Shown here piece after piece: positions 45,854-57,400 of a stretch of 64,000 nt of DNA. This stretch comes from Naegleria gruberi. Its lineage: Eukaryota. The stretch is from the NCBI GenBank assembly GCA_000004985.1, contig GG738845.1; one strand, given 5' to 3'. The translations under genes were made by a program, and so were the position numbers. The notes under the pieces were generated by a model. That model was given only the letters and a program-made list of their open reading frames with translations, was not told where the DNA came from and did no database searches. The number at the start of each line of letters is the position of its first letter. Positions within the stretch are counted from its first letter, which is position 1.

Positions 45854-47590
45854 TTATATCTCTTCTTTCAAGAATGGATGTTTAAGCATTTGTTGAGCAG
45901 TGGCTCTCTTCTCTGGTGCAATTTCCAACATGGGAAGAAGGAAATCAGTAAAATCCTTAGCGGCCTGATCTGTGAGGCCATACTTTTCCGAGAGATTCTG
46001 TTGAATGGATCGTTGTTTGAGTTTCTTGATACGAATCAAATCACCCTTAGAGGAGAAGAATTTAGTGGAACGAGAACCTCTCGAAATGAATTCATGAGGG
46101 AATGCTCCAAGAGTTTCCATAATGAGAGCCAAGTGATCGTCCTCTCTGGTATACTTCTTACCTGGTTGTGGATCGAATAAAAAGACTCCAGTTGCTAATT
46201 CATAAGCCATGCATCCAGCACTCCAAATGTCAGCTGCTGTGAAATATTTGGCACCAATAATAACTTCAGGAGCTCTGTATTGTCTAGTTTGAATTTCATC
46301 AGTAATTTTAAGATCTGTAAAACAAGAATTACCAAAGTCAGCAATTTTAACTCGAACATTAGTCAAATCAATTTGTTCATTCTTTGGTAAATTCTCAAAC
46401 TTTGGAGCATTACAACCATCTTCAGAGATTTTACCTTCCTTTTCAAGGATTGAGACTTTTTCTTCCAATTCTTGTAATGCTTCCAATTTTCCATCATTTT
46501 TGAGTTTTTGTTTCAGTTTCTTAATTTGTTTTCTATTGAGTGTTGAAACATCGCGTTCTTCCAATGGTTTATCCAAATCAGGTGGTTGATAATGTTCTAA
46601 ACAATTTTGTCAATTAATGTACTCAATAAATTACTTGCCCATTATATATTTAATCTTGGTATTACATTCTTCAATGAGAATATTTTCAGGTTTAATATCT
46701 GTGTGAATAATTTTACATTGAGTATGTAAGAAATCCAATCCTTTTAAAACATCTCTCATAATAGTCTTGACAATATCAAGTGGAATTCCCTTAAAATCAA
46801 ATTGTTCGCTCAATTTTAACAAGTTAGAACCCATCACTTCAAATCCCATACTCATATGTGTTCCATTATTTCCTCTCACTACAAAATTATCAAACATGCC
46901 AACAATCCTTAAATTGCTATAATTAACATTACCATCCACTTGATTGAGTTCTCTATATTTCACCATAACATGATTCAATAACTTGATTTCATCCTGTGCA
47001 GCATCAGTAAAATCTTTAGAACTCTTTTGAATCTTGATAGCTCTAAAGACCTTTTCAACATAATCATAACACAACCATACAGTACTAAAATATCCCCATC
47101 CCAATTTATGAATAATAATATATCTATCATTACCAATTCGATCTCCTAAATTTACTGGATGATATCCTCCTTTTTTATATTCACTTTTTGGCTCATTTTC
47201 AGTGTCAGAATAATCCTTATCTTCATGTGTTGAAGATGCAGGTGAAGGTTGATGAACACTACTGGAAGCAGTAGCATTGGTCTTTTTGTTTACAACTTTA
47301 ACTCCTCCTTTTTTTTCCTTGATTCTTTTCATTAACTGTTGAGCAATGAATGCATCAGAGTGGGTACCCGAAGCAGTCGCATCGGAGGATGACTTCTTTT
47401 TACTTGAAGGTTTTTTACTAGTTGTTGAGGAAGAGTTAGTTATTGATGGATTTGTTGCATCAGATATTGATGATGATGCTGATGATGGTAATTGTGATTC
47501 TTCAGATGATACAAGATTACTATCGGATGTCGTCTTGTCAATGGTTTCTTCACTGTTTAAACATTGTTTGGTTTCTTGTTCGTTTGACAT
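45854..47590 (-). CDS. SR-protein kinase (SRPK/Sky1 family) with a spacer insertion. Two coding segments 46631..47590 and 45854..46576, joined by an intron whose exact acceptor is unresolved.
   Basis: DRYIIIHKLGWGYFSTVWLCYD, HTDIKPENILI, then after the spacer KIADFGNSC, DEIQTRQYRAPEVIIG and C-terminal KRATAQQMLKHPFL. GTAATT donor follows ...IMGK. The candidate acceptor ...CAATAG about 102 nt downstream restores frame. Confidence 0.8.
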
Positions 47591-47712
47591 TTTTTTTTTC
47601 AAATTTCCAGAACAAATAAATATTTGAATTTTAAATATGGCAAATTGGATTGTGTATCATGATGGTGCTCAGAGAGAAAATATTAGATTAAGGAACGACT
47701 AGTTCAAATGGT

Positions 47713-49546
47713 TTATTGAGTTGGGTAAAAGGAAGGCATTTTCAAAGTGTATGGAACTTTATACTTTTCACACAGGAGACTTGTTACAATTCTGGCAGAT
47801 TCCATGATAGTAGGAAGTCCTGAACCTGGGTGCGTATGACCTCCAGATAAATAGAGATTATCGAGTTCGTCGAATTTGTTTCTAGGTCTAAAAGATAAAC
47901 TCTGGAATAGAGTATTACTCATTGCAAATACTGCTCCAAATTCTATATTCTTCTCACTCTTCCATGTTAATGGTGTTGAAAGTTTACAATCCTCAATATG
48001 ATTTCTCAAATTGGTAAATCCACATTTTTGTTCCAAAATATCAAAGGCAAGTTGCTTGGTCTTTTCAATAGTTTGTTGATCTGTCCAGTCAATTTTGCCA
48101 ACCTGTAAATTTGGAACAAATACCATTACAAATAAACCTGATTTGCCTTCCTTTGATACAGTTTTATCGACAGTACATGAATTTCTTACATAAACACAAA
48201 TATCAGAATTCCAATCTCCATCCTCCATTAATTTGTAACTCTTCTTAATATCTTTAGGGAATGAAATTACATGTGTTGTCACATTATCATATAATTTATC
48301 CAAAGAAAGATACATATTAAATCCACTACAACTAAATTTCTTCTTGTCAAACGTAGATGGTTTCCATGTAGAAAATATTTGATCAGCATTTGGAATATTA
48401 TTCCTTATTACATAGGGTATATCAGCGTTGCAAATAATTTCGTCAAATTCATATCTTGTTGTTTGTTGTGAATTTCCATGTCTCACTTCAATGCTATTAA
48501 TTAAACGTGAACCCTTCTCAATATTGAGCTTTTCTACAGTTGAATCGAGATGAATCTTTGCACCAAATTCATTGGTTAGAATGTTGGCCATTTGTTCTGA
48601 AATTTTAGAAAGTCCACTAATTTTTTGTCAAATTATGACACATCAGACAAAACTATATTACTTACCCCTCGACATGGTATATGCCAAATTGATACTCAGC
48701 ATAGGGTATGAGACCATAAACAGATGGAGCCTGCCATGGACTCATTCCTAAATATTTAGCCTGATATGAAAGGATTATTTGATTCATTGGATTTTTAAAA
48801 TACCTTCTCAACATGGTTGCCATTGATTTATGTAAACCAACATACGGAAGTGCTTTGATAGCATCCCAATTAATAATATCCAAATGTGAAGAATAAATCT
48901 TTTCCAATAATTTCATAGTATAGGGATACCTCTTTTCTTCAAATTTAAGCCACTCATGAAATCCCTTCACAGCATCCTTTCCAAAAACTCTATCAATTTC
49001 ACTCTCCAATGCTTGTCGATGGTCCAAATCGTGACAATCAATGTGAGTCCCATCATGAAAAACAAGTCTATACATGGGATCCAATCGAATAAATTTCAAA
49101 TAATCATCAACATTCCTTCCAGCATCTCTAAAAACAGCTTCCAATATAAATTTCATTATTAACAAGGTTGGTCCTGTATCAAGTGTACTTTCTCCAACTT
49201 GGAGTGGAGCATTTCTACCACCAATCTTGCTTCCTTTTTCAAAAACAGTCACTGGAAAACCCTTTGATGCCAAAATGAGAGCACTAGACAAACCTCCTGG
49301 TCCACCTCCAATAATACCAATACTTGGTTTTCCATTTGTCTTGTTATGATTGGTTGAAGTGTTGATGGATGAATAGTATCGAATGATCGGAGTAGTGAAA
49401 TTATTACTCAATGAATGAAACATTTGAAGGAGACCAACAACCCCTTTACTAGTAGTAGTGTTTGATGAATACTCGGACTCTAAACAACAGCATCCTCTCT
49501 TAGGATTGTTAACAAACAAAGTGGATCTGATTGTTCTCTTTAACAT
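47713..49546 (-). CDS. Phytoene desaturase / carotenoid dehydrogenase (CrtI family, FAD-dependent), about 594 aa, with an approx 75-aa N-terminal extension. Two exons: 48666..49546 and 47713..48616, intron 48617..48665 (GTAAGT...TTAG).
   Basis: FAD dinucleotide fold IGIIGGGPGGLSSA..L...G..V.VFEK. C-terminal NLYLSGGHTHPGSGLPTIMESARIV matches CrtI NLYLVGAGTHPGAGIPGVIGSAKAT. Exons join in phase 2 (..YHVEG|GLSKISEQMA). Confidence 0.8.
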
Positions 49547-49627
49547 TTTTTTTTAATTGATTTTCATCCTTGAACTTAATTGTTGCTATTGGAATTAAAG
49601 CCAAGACTTGTCTTTGAAGAAAAAAAA

Positions 49628-50656
49628 ATGCTCAACAATAGGTTTGATCAAAACCAACCACTCAAACATCGTTCCGTTACAAGTTTGGCGGGAAATTCTT
49701 CCATGCTGCCAACAATACCATCATCGTCAACAACAACAGGAGGATTCTCTATGAATAAGTCTAAATTATTGCCAGTTTCACTGACACATCAAACAAGTAC
49801 TTCTTATTCTGATCAAACTTTTGGAAAGGAAGAAAGAATCAATGAACGATTATTGTCATCATCATTATATAGAAAAAGCGATTTAATTCCGAGCGAGCAA
49901 AATAATATTATTGATACAGAAGTACCACCAGCAGAAAGTATTTTGGATGATGGCGAACCAACAAGATTGACAAAAAGTCTTGCTGCTCATTCTTCTTTTA
50001 TTTTCGGTGGCAAGCCTAGAGATGAAGGAATAATTACAGATTTTATGATGACACCACTATCAATCAAAAACTTGGACAGGAAGAGAAATTTCTCAACACC
50101 AGGTACATTGGAACAATCTGTACTAAAGAGAGGAGTCTTTACATCACCATTGCGAACTGATCCATTCTTTGAAGTTGATGATGACAAGCTTAAAAGTAAT
50201 ATTAATGATATTGTAAAGGAAACAACTTGGGTGACAGTATTTGGATTCCCTCCAAGTAAGGCCTCTTACATTCTCAGACAATTTTCAAATTATGGAATGA
50301 TTATTAATCACAAGATTATGAATGGAAACTTTATGCATATTCAATACAAAGCCAGAATTCAAGCTGATAAAGCTCTAAGCAAAAATGGAAAAGTCTTCGA
50401 TGGAGTTTTAATGGTGGGTGTAGTAGAATGTTTAGATACTGAAATTTTGAGACAATACGAGAAGGAAAAGCGATTGGTTGAAGAAAAATCAAGCAAAAAA
50501 AGAAATATCTCGTCTATATCCAATGATGATGATATTCAATTTAATGGTGGAATCTCATATCGTCATAAATTGGAACTACCACTAGAAAAGAAGAGAAAGC
50601 CAGAGTCTTCGAATTCTTTCTTTTCCAAACTTTTTGATTACGTTTTTAAATTCTAA
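49628..50656 (+). CDS. Nucleoporin Nup35/Nup53 (RRM-like MPPN domain)
   Basis: [54 protein letters not shown]...MVGVVEC compared with human NUP35 [61 protein letters not shown]. Start taken at the first ATG (49628). Confidence 0.85.
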   Translation: [342 protein letters not shown]

Positions 50657-50665
50657 TACAATTCT

Positions 50666-53600
50666 TTATTGTTGTGGTATTGTCTTTAAACTTTCCATTG
50701 TTGTTTCAATAATACTCTTCTTGGTTACAAGGTCTTTAACGCTAGAGGATTTTCTTTGCTTGGCCAATTCTAATTCTTCTCTCTTTGAGGAAACAATCTT
50801 CTTTGATTGATCAAATCTATTTCTAGCCTTTTCTAAATTTTGTTTGATTTCCTTTTCTCTTTTTGTTGCTCTTTCAAGGGAGTTTTTGGCTGCTATTACT
50901 TTCTTGTCTTCAACTACAACAGAATTGTTTGAAACAATAGCATTGGATTGAATAGATTGCTTTGGAGTCTTTTGTAAGTTCAAATCCTTTTGGTTGGCAA
51001 CATCGGCTGGTGTTTCTTGCTTTGCTGAATTTCCCTTTGTCAAGAATTCCAAAAACTTTTCTCTTATTTGGTTCTTTTTCTTGTCCATTTCTTCTCTCAT
51101 GAGCTTTTCTCTGAGAATATATTCCATTCTTCTTCTTTCCTCTTCCATAAAGAATGGTTGCATTGGAGAGCTAAGAACTGGAGAACCAACAACAAGTTGG
51201 GCACCAACAATACCAGAATTTTTTCTACACTTGGATTGCTTCTTTTGGTGTTTCTTGTGTGGTTTCTTCTTTTGAGACTTGGAAATGCTCTTGATAAGCT
51301 TTCTGAGCTTGCAATATGTGCATTTCTTCTTACCTCTCTTTACCTTCTTTGGCTTTTTGTGATGCTTCTTATCTTTCTTAGAACCAGTTGTAATTCTTGT
51401 TTCAATGTTAACAACTCCAATATTACCAGAAACGTTAGTGCTTGTTTGGATTGCAGCTTGTCCTGGTTGAGGATTTGGTTGCACAGGTGGTTGCACAGTT
51501 GGTTGTGCTGGTTGTGCTGTTGGAGGGGTTGATTGTTCCTTATTAACAACATTAGAGTTTGCATTGGCGATTTGTTCAACAATTTTTCTGTACCATTCCT
51601 CTCCACACAATGGATTAAGAGATTCATCTTCAGGTGTAGAACATGAGCTTCTTGGTACACCAATTTCTCCCATAATTGAATCCAATCTCTCAAGATCGCT
51701 TTCTTCAGCCAACATTGGATCTGCACTTACAATAGCTTCAGCCAATTCTCCATATTCAGCGGAAGTTAATGGTTCAACTTCCTTTCCTTCTTTAGCGTCA
51801 GTGAATTCAGTACAGTATGGATTGGCAAGAAGTTCTTCCAAAGTAGAGCACTTTGTTACCTTTGCCACACTATCAGATTTAATTTGGACTGGCTTAACTG
51901 GATCGACTGATTTAGTGTCCTTATTGACTTGCTTTTTGTCCTTCTTAGTATCTGACTTCTTTCCCTTGTTAGCCTTCTTATCAGATTTGGTGTCTTTCTT
52001 GAGATCTTTCTTGTTATCTGATTTCTTTCCCTTATTGTCGGATTTTTTATCCTTCTTATCAGACTTGGTGTCTTTCTTGAGATCCTTCTTGATTGGTTTG
52101 ACTGATTGAGAATTATTAGCATTGGTACCCTTGTTGTCTTTAGACTTTTTATCATTATTGGTTTGCTTGTTAATTGGTTTGATTGGCTTGTTTTCCTTCT
52201 TGTTAACATTCTTATCAGATTTGGTGTCCTTCTTGAGATCCTTCTTGTTAACTGATTTCTTTCCCTTATTGTCGGATTTTTTATCCTTCTTATCAGATTT
52301 GGTGTCTTTCTTGATGTCTGATTTCTTTCCCTTATTGTCAGATTTGGTGTCTTTCTTGGTATCTGATTTCTTTCCCTTGTTGTCCTTGTTGTCCTTGTTG
52401 TCAGATTTGGTATCCTTCTTATCTGATTTGTTGTCCTTCTTGATATCCTTATTGGTTTGCTTATTAATTGGTTTGACGTTCTTGTTATCCTTCTTGTTAA
52501 CCTTCTTATCGGATTTGGTGTCTTTCTTGAGATCCTTCTTGTTATCTGACTTCTTTCCCTTAATGTCTGTATTGTCAGATCTTTTTGGCTGTCTTTCTTG
52601 GTATCTGATTTCTTTCCCTTGTTGTCAGATTTGGAACCCTTCTTATCAGATTTGTTGTCCTTCTTGATATCCTTATTGGTTTGCTTATTAATTGGTTTGA
52701 CGTTCTTGTTATCCTTCTTGTTGTCCTTCTTATCAGATTTGGTACCCTTCTTGAGGTCGTTCTTCTTGTGTGATTTCTTGGTATCCTTCTTAGCAGACTT
52801 GGTCTTATCCTTCTTAGTATCTGACTTCTTTCCCTTGTTAGCCTTCTTATCATATTTGGTGTCTTTCTTGAGATCCTTCTTGTTTTCTGATTTCTTTCCC
52901 CTATTGTCGGATTTGTTATCCTTCTTATCAGATTTGGTATCTGATTTCTTTTCCTTGTTGTCAGACTTTTCTTTCTTTGATTCAGTTTTCTTTTCTTCTG
53001 ACTTCTTTGGTTGTTCTGTCTTTGATTCAGTCTTCTCATCTCCAGTATTTGGGACTGCAGTTTGGATGTCTGTCTTTGGAGTAATATTGTCTTCAGATTT
53101 CTTGCCAATAGCTTGCTTATTTGAGGTTTGAGTCTGGGTAACAATTTCAATACCATTAGCATTTTGAGCACTTGAACTAGACATCATTGTTTTTTCAACA
53201 CCATTGTCAACCTTTGCAGATTGTTTCTTGGATTCATTTGAAACATTAGAGATTGCTGGTTTAATATCAGTCTTGGAATCAGCTGTAGAAGCCTTGCTGT
53301 CATTTGCAGTGGATGATGGCTTGACTTCAGTCTTGGTGTCACTCTTGGAAGGGATATCCATCTTTCTATACCATTGTTCTTTGCACAAAGGATGAGTGTA
53401 ATAACTATCCAAAGATCCACATACATGATCTCTTCCAGAGCTGAGCTTTGAATTAATGGCATACTTTTGTTGTTCGTTTGGACCATAGCTGAGAGATTTG
53501 ACATTCAAAACATTGCAATCACCATCTACATTGAGCTTGCACTTCAAAACATTACCAGAACTAATTGGCTTTTGATTTGGAAGTTCAACTGCAGTTTTCT

Positions 53601-54270
53601 TATCAGATGGAGTAACAACTGCAACGCCAGCCTTCTTTTCAACTTCCTTTGTTGTAATAGTGTTGGCACTATCAGTCTTTGGTTGTTCCTTTCCAGTATT
53701 TGAGTCAAGAATCGTTTTTTTATCAGTAGACTGAGTATTCATTGTTGGAACAGAATTAGTACCGGTAACAACAACTGGAGCGGTTTGAGTTGGAGTGGTT
53801 GTTTGACTGCTTGGAGTAGTTGTTGGTGTTTGAGTAGAGGTTGTTGTGGAGGCAGTACTACCTTGTGTTGTACTGGTTGGAGTGGTCGCAAGAGGAGTGT
53901 TGGTTGTTGAGGGAGTTGTAGTAGTGGTTGGCTTACTAGTCTCTCCTTGTTCCAAAACAACTCTTCTGTATTGCATCTTTCTGTACCATCTCTCCTTACA
54001 CAATGGGTTAGAGTAATAGCCAGAAACTGTGCTACACTTGATGGACTTGCTGCCTGTTGAAGAACGATATTTTGGTATTTCCTTGGGATCATAGGAAAGG
54101 GCCAACTCATCAAGATAAGACACAACACTACAGTCACCATTTCTATTGAGAGTGCAACCTAGGGCCTTATCGCTGCTTCCTTGAGCGAGAGTTTGGGTCA
54201 TTAAAAAGATGACCAAAACAACAAGGGTTGTTAGTTGGGCAAGCTTGCTTTTTAACAACTTTGATTGCAT
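50666..54270 (-). CDS. Large secreted repeat protein (about 1200 aa): signal peptide, three copies of an unrecognised Cys-containing module ending PLCKE(R/Q/E)WYRK, a Thr/Ser-rich mucin-like tract, and about 380 aa of Lys/Asp/Ser-rich tandem repeats. A frameshift falls inside the repeats near 52575..52600.
   Basis: ORF 51856..54270 gives signal peptide LAQLTTLVVLVIFLMTQTLAQG, modules at aa about 38-100 and about 230-295, and a PTS tract. It then changes to an Arg-rich frame of the same DNA repeat. The Lys-rich frame continues without stops into ORF 50666..51868, which carries a third partial module (...LNPLCGEEWYRKI). Confidence 0.6.
51880..53040. repeat. Coding tandem repeat (about 48-81-bp units, AAG/GAT/TCA-rich on the coding strand) encoding KKSDTKKD-type lysine-rich repeats
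   Basis: Recurrent near-identical blocks such as tccttcttatcagatttggtgtctttcttgagatccttcttg at about 51936, 52040, 52200, 52500 and 52840. Antisense L/S/F-rich ORFs in the track are artefacts of this repeat. Confidence 0.8.
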
Positions 54271-54491
54271 TTTTTTTTAAGGATGAACTGTCCACTACAG
54301 TCCAAGTATCGTGAGAGCATCCAGCTGAAGCATCCCTAGTGTTAAATCGTTTTAAAAATAAAATTTATACACAAGCCAAACCTTCCATTAAGATAAACAG
54401 TTTTGTGCTTTCTTTGCATCTCTATTGTATAGTTGGGTGACCACAGAATCAGGTAACAGTACTTTAACAGCGCACAACATCATCTATTAAT

Positions 54492-57400
54492 TTATTGGAA
54501 TAGTCTTCTATTAAGATTTTCCAACAAGTATCTTGGATAGATGGGGGTGCCATTTACAAGAACTGGTGAACGTTGAGGAATGATAGAAGGTTGAGATGGT
54601 GGTTGAATGATTGGAAGTGTTGGTGGTTGAACGGTGGGTCTTTGAATTGGTATTTGAATCCTAGGAATGGATGGCATTTGTGGAGGTAGGATATTTTGTG
54701 TTATAGGGGGAGGAGGAGTTTGAACAGTTGGGATAGGAATCGTTGGAATAATTGGAGTAACGATTGGAGGAGGTTGACTTGGAGTAAAAACCGGTGGATG
54801 TTTCTTTTCAACTTGTTTTGGTTGACTTGGAGGTAACATCTTAATGATAGGAAAAGGATCAGAAGTATAGACAAAATTAGAGAGTGATTCCGGAAGCATC
54901 CATACACCTTTCCAGAAACTTCTTTGTAGAAATCTCTCAGGACTATTATTGAACTCTAAAACAGACCTGGTATAGTGAGGATTATTTGATCTATCGAGTT
55001 GCATCTTGAGGTAGAGTAATTGTAAATCTTTGAAACTTCCGTTCCATGGTACTTCAGGAAACACTGGAGTAGAAGGATGGTTAACCATATTGTCGGATTC
55101 TAACTGTGATCGATTGATATCGAATACTTTCAATGTCAACTTTTCATACTCTCCCTTTTCATTTGCTGTTGTATCAAGTTGTAAGGCATTATCGTCCTTC
55201 AAGTAGTGAGGTGAGACTAGTAATGTAGCTGATTGCTCTGACTTTTCTCTCCATTCTTTAAGCCTTTTAGTCATTGATTCTTCGAATAGTCTTTGGAAAT
55301 ATGTTAATTGGCCAAAGGTAAAGTAATCTAATGGAGATTTTTGTATAATTCCAAACAACGGATCTTCCTTACTCTCCTCCACAGTAATAATATTATTAGT
55401 ATTGTCTGCTGATTTTTTGGAGAATTTTTTCACTATAGCCAACCTCTCCTTCTTGAATAATTTTTGAATATCATGTTGGTGAGATACTATTGAATAGACT
55501 TCATCTTTTGTGAGCTCATTCTTAAAAATATCATGTAGCAGTTTATCCTGTAGAGCTGGATCCGAGTTGTCTAGTTGATTTACCATAATGGATTGAGTAT
55601 AGTTTTCGTAATTATATACCTCTCTAAGTTTTTTTTCATTAGCATCAAGCTTTCTATGCTTTGATAGGAGTTTGGTCTTGTATCTTTGATCAATTCCATT
55701 CTTTTGAATGAATGCTCTTGTTATAACTCGAATTTGATTGTTTTCTTTTTGGTAAGATTCCAATAAAAGTTTAGCTAGCTCAGTGTTGTAATTTTTTGAT
55801 TCTATTGACTTTTTGGAAAGGGCTGTAGAGATGAAAGAGAAGGTTTCTGCGAACTGGGCACTTTGCATCATTCTTAACACAGAGTTGACAACGTTTTCAT
55901 ACGATTCGATTTTGGATTGTTTTCTAAACTCCTTCTCGAATGATATTTTTTCTTTTAGAGTCAATGATTGCCACTCCTTCATTGATGAATCCTTTCTTAC
56001 CATTTGATTATAGTAGGACCTTAGTTTTGAATAGTTTTTGATAGCATCCTGGTGCAATTGTATGATAGAATTTTCAGTACCATTTGGCTTGTAGGAAAGA
56101 ACTTCTCTCCTTTGTTCCCTATTCATTTGGTCGAGTAATTGATCAAGTATTCTGAACTCTCTGTCAATGATTAAATCTCTTTCCAATTCTAGCAAATCTT
56201 GGGTATTCTCCTTGTTTTGTTTTGCTGGTATATTGAGCAATTTGACAGATTGTTGAAAAATTCCTAAACTTTCCAATTTAGATTGTTCGAGTGGTGATAT
56301 TGTGTCGGTATAAATTACATTTTCGAGGCGCTTTCTCTCCTCTTCCAGTTTCTGCTTTAAAGTTTGAAGAGACTTTTTCTCTTCTTCACTTGGCTCGATG
56401 CCTGACAGAGATTTGGTGGCAATATTACTTTCTATTTGTACAACTGTCTGTTCTAGATGAAGTAAGGATATTTTATCAAAGCGTTGCTCTTGTATTTCAC
56501 TAACTCTAGGTAGTATGTTTTTTTGAATCTCTATGGTTTTCATTGTTGGATAAAACAACTTGTTAGCATTAAAATTATCAGGCATATTGGCAAGTTTAGA
56601 GAATTCATTAAATGACTGGTTTAGGCAATCATTTCTTATAGAGTTAATCTCCTTCGCAACATCCAATCCTTTAGAGAGTTGAATTAACTCTCCCTCTTTC
56701 CAAACATTCTCATCAACGGAAAAAGTATTGGAGAGGTAATGAGTTGATGTTGTAGAATTGTTATTCTCCATAATATTTTCACTCACATGTGTCTGAATCA
56801 AAGTATTTTCCTTCTGATTTTGCTCTGATTTCTGTTGAAGGGATTTTTTCCCTTCATTAATAAATGAAAAACTATTATTGAATGTATTTTCTTCCAGTGC
56901 TGAATGTTTAGAATCCTCCCTAACTAATTCATGGTAATATTGTTTGTGGTCTTTTTTCGAGAAGGATTTAGGAGATTTTTCAGTTGAGGTGCTGGAATTA
57001 GTCTTGAAAAATAGGTTTGCTATTTTGCGCGTTTCCATTAGTGCATATTTGGTGGAAATATGACTCTTCTCTACAAGATAAGAATATAATTCACCAAGTT
57101 TGAAAGAGTAGGGAGAAACTTCTGCATTCTCATCTTCGTTTAGTTTGGTACCAAGGGTCCAATCATATTTGTTTCCATCACTTGGGGACACACCAAAAAA
57201 TTTAAATCCAATAGTCGACTTTAGAATGCCATTCTTCAAGTGCTTATACTTATCCGTAAGTGGTGCGAAAATAGGTAATTTCAGCTTGAATAAAGAAGAG
57301 TCTAATCTTGTGATTGGAAGACTTGTTAATTCGTCCAAATTACTCCACTTGGTATCAGACTTGGTTACTTTTTGGAGAGCTCCCAATGAAGATAATTCTC

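Noticed and set aside
51068-53131. Plus-strand Leu/Ser/Phe-rich ORFs (51068..51532, 51564..52109, 52122..52667, 52598..53131)
   Set aside because: They are antisense to the lysine-rich AAG/GAT repeat array (CTT/ATC give L/S/F). Repeats are stop-free in several frames; the minus-strand secreted protein is the supported gene.
52575-53171. Minus-strand Arg-rich ORF (RRISRKTPNLIRR...) as an independent gene
   Set aside because: It is the +1 frame of the same K-rich repeat and is open only because of the repeat's composition. It is kept as part of the frameshift finding, not as a separate gene.
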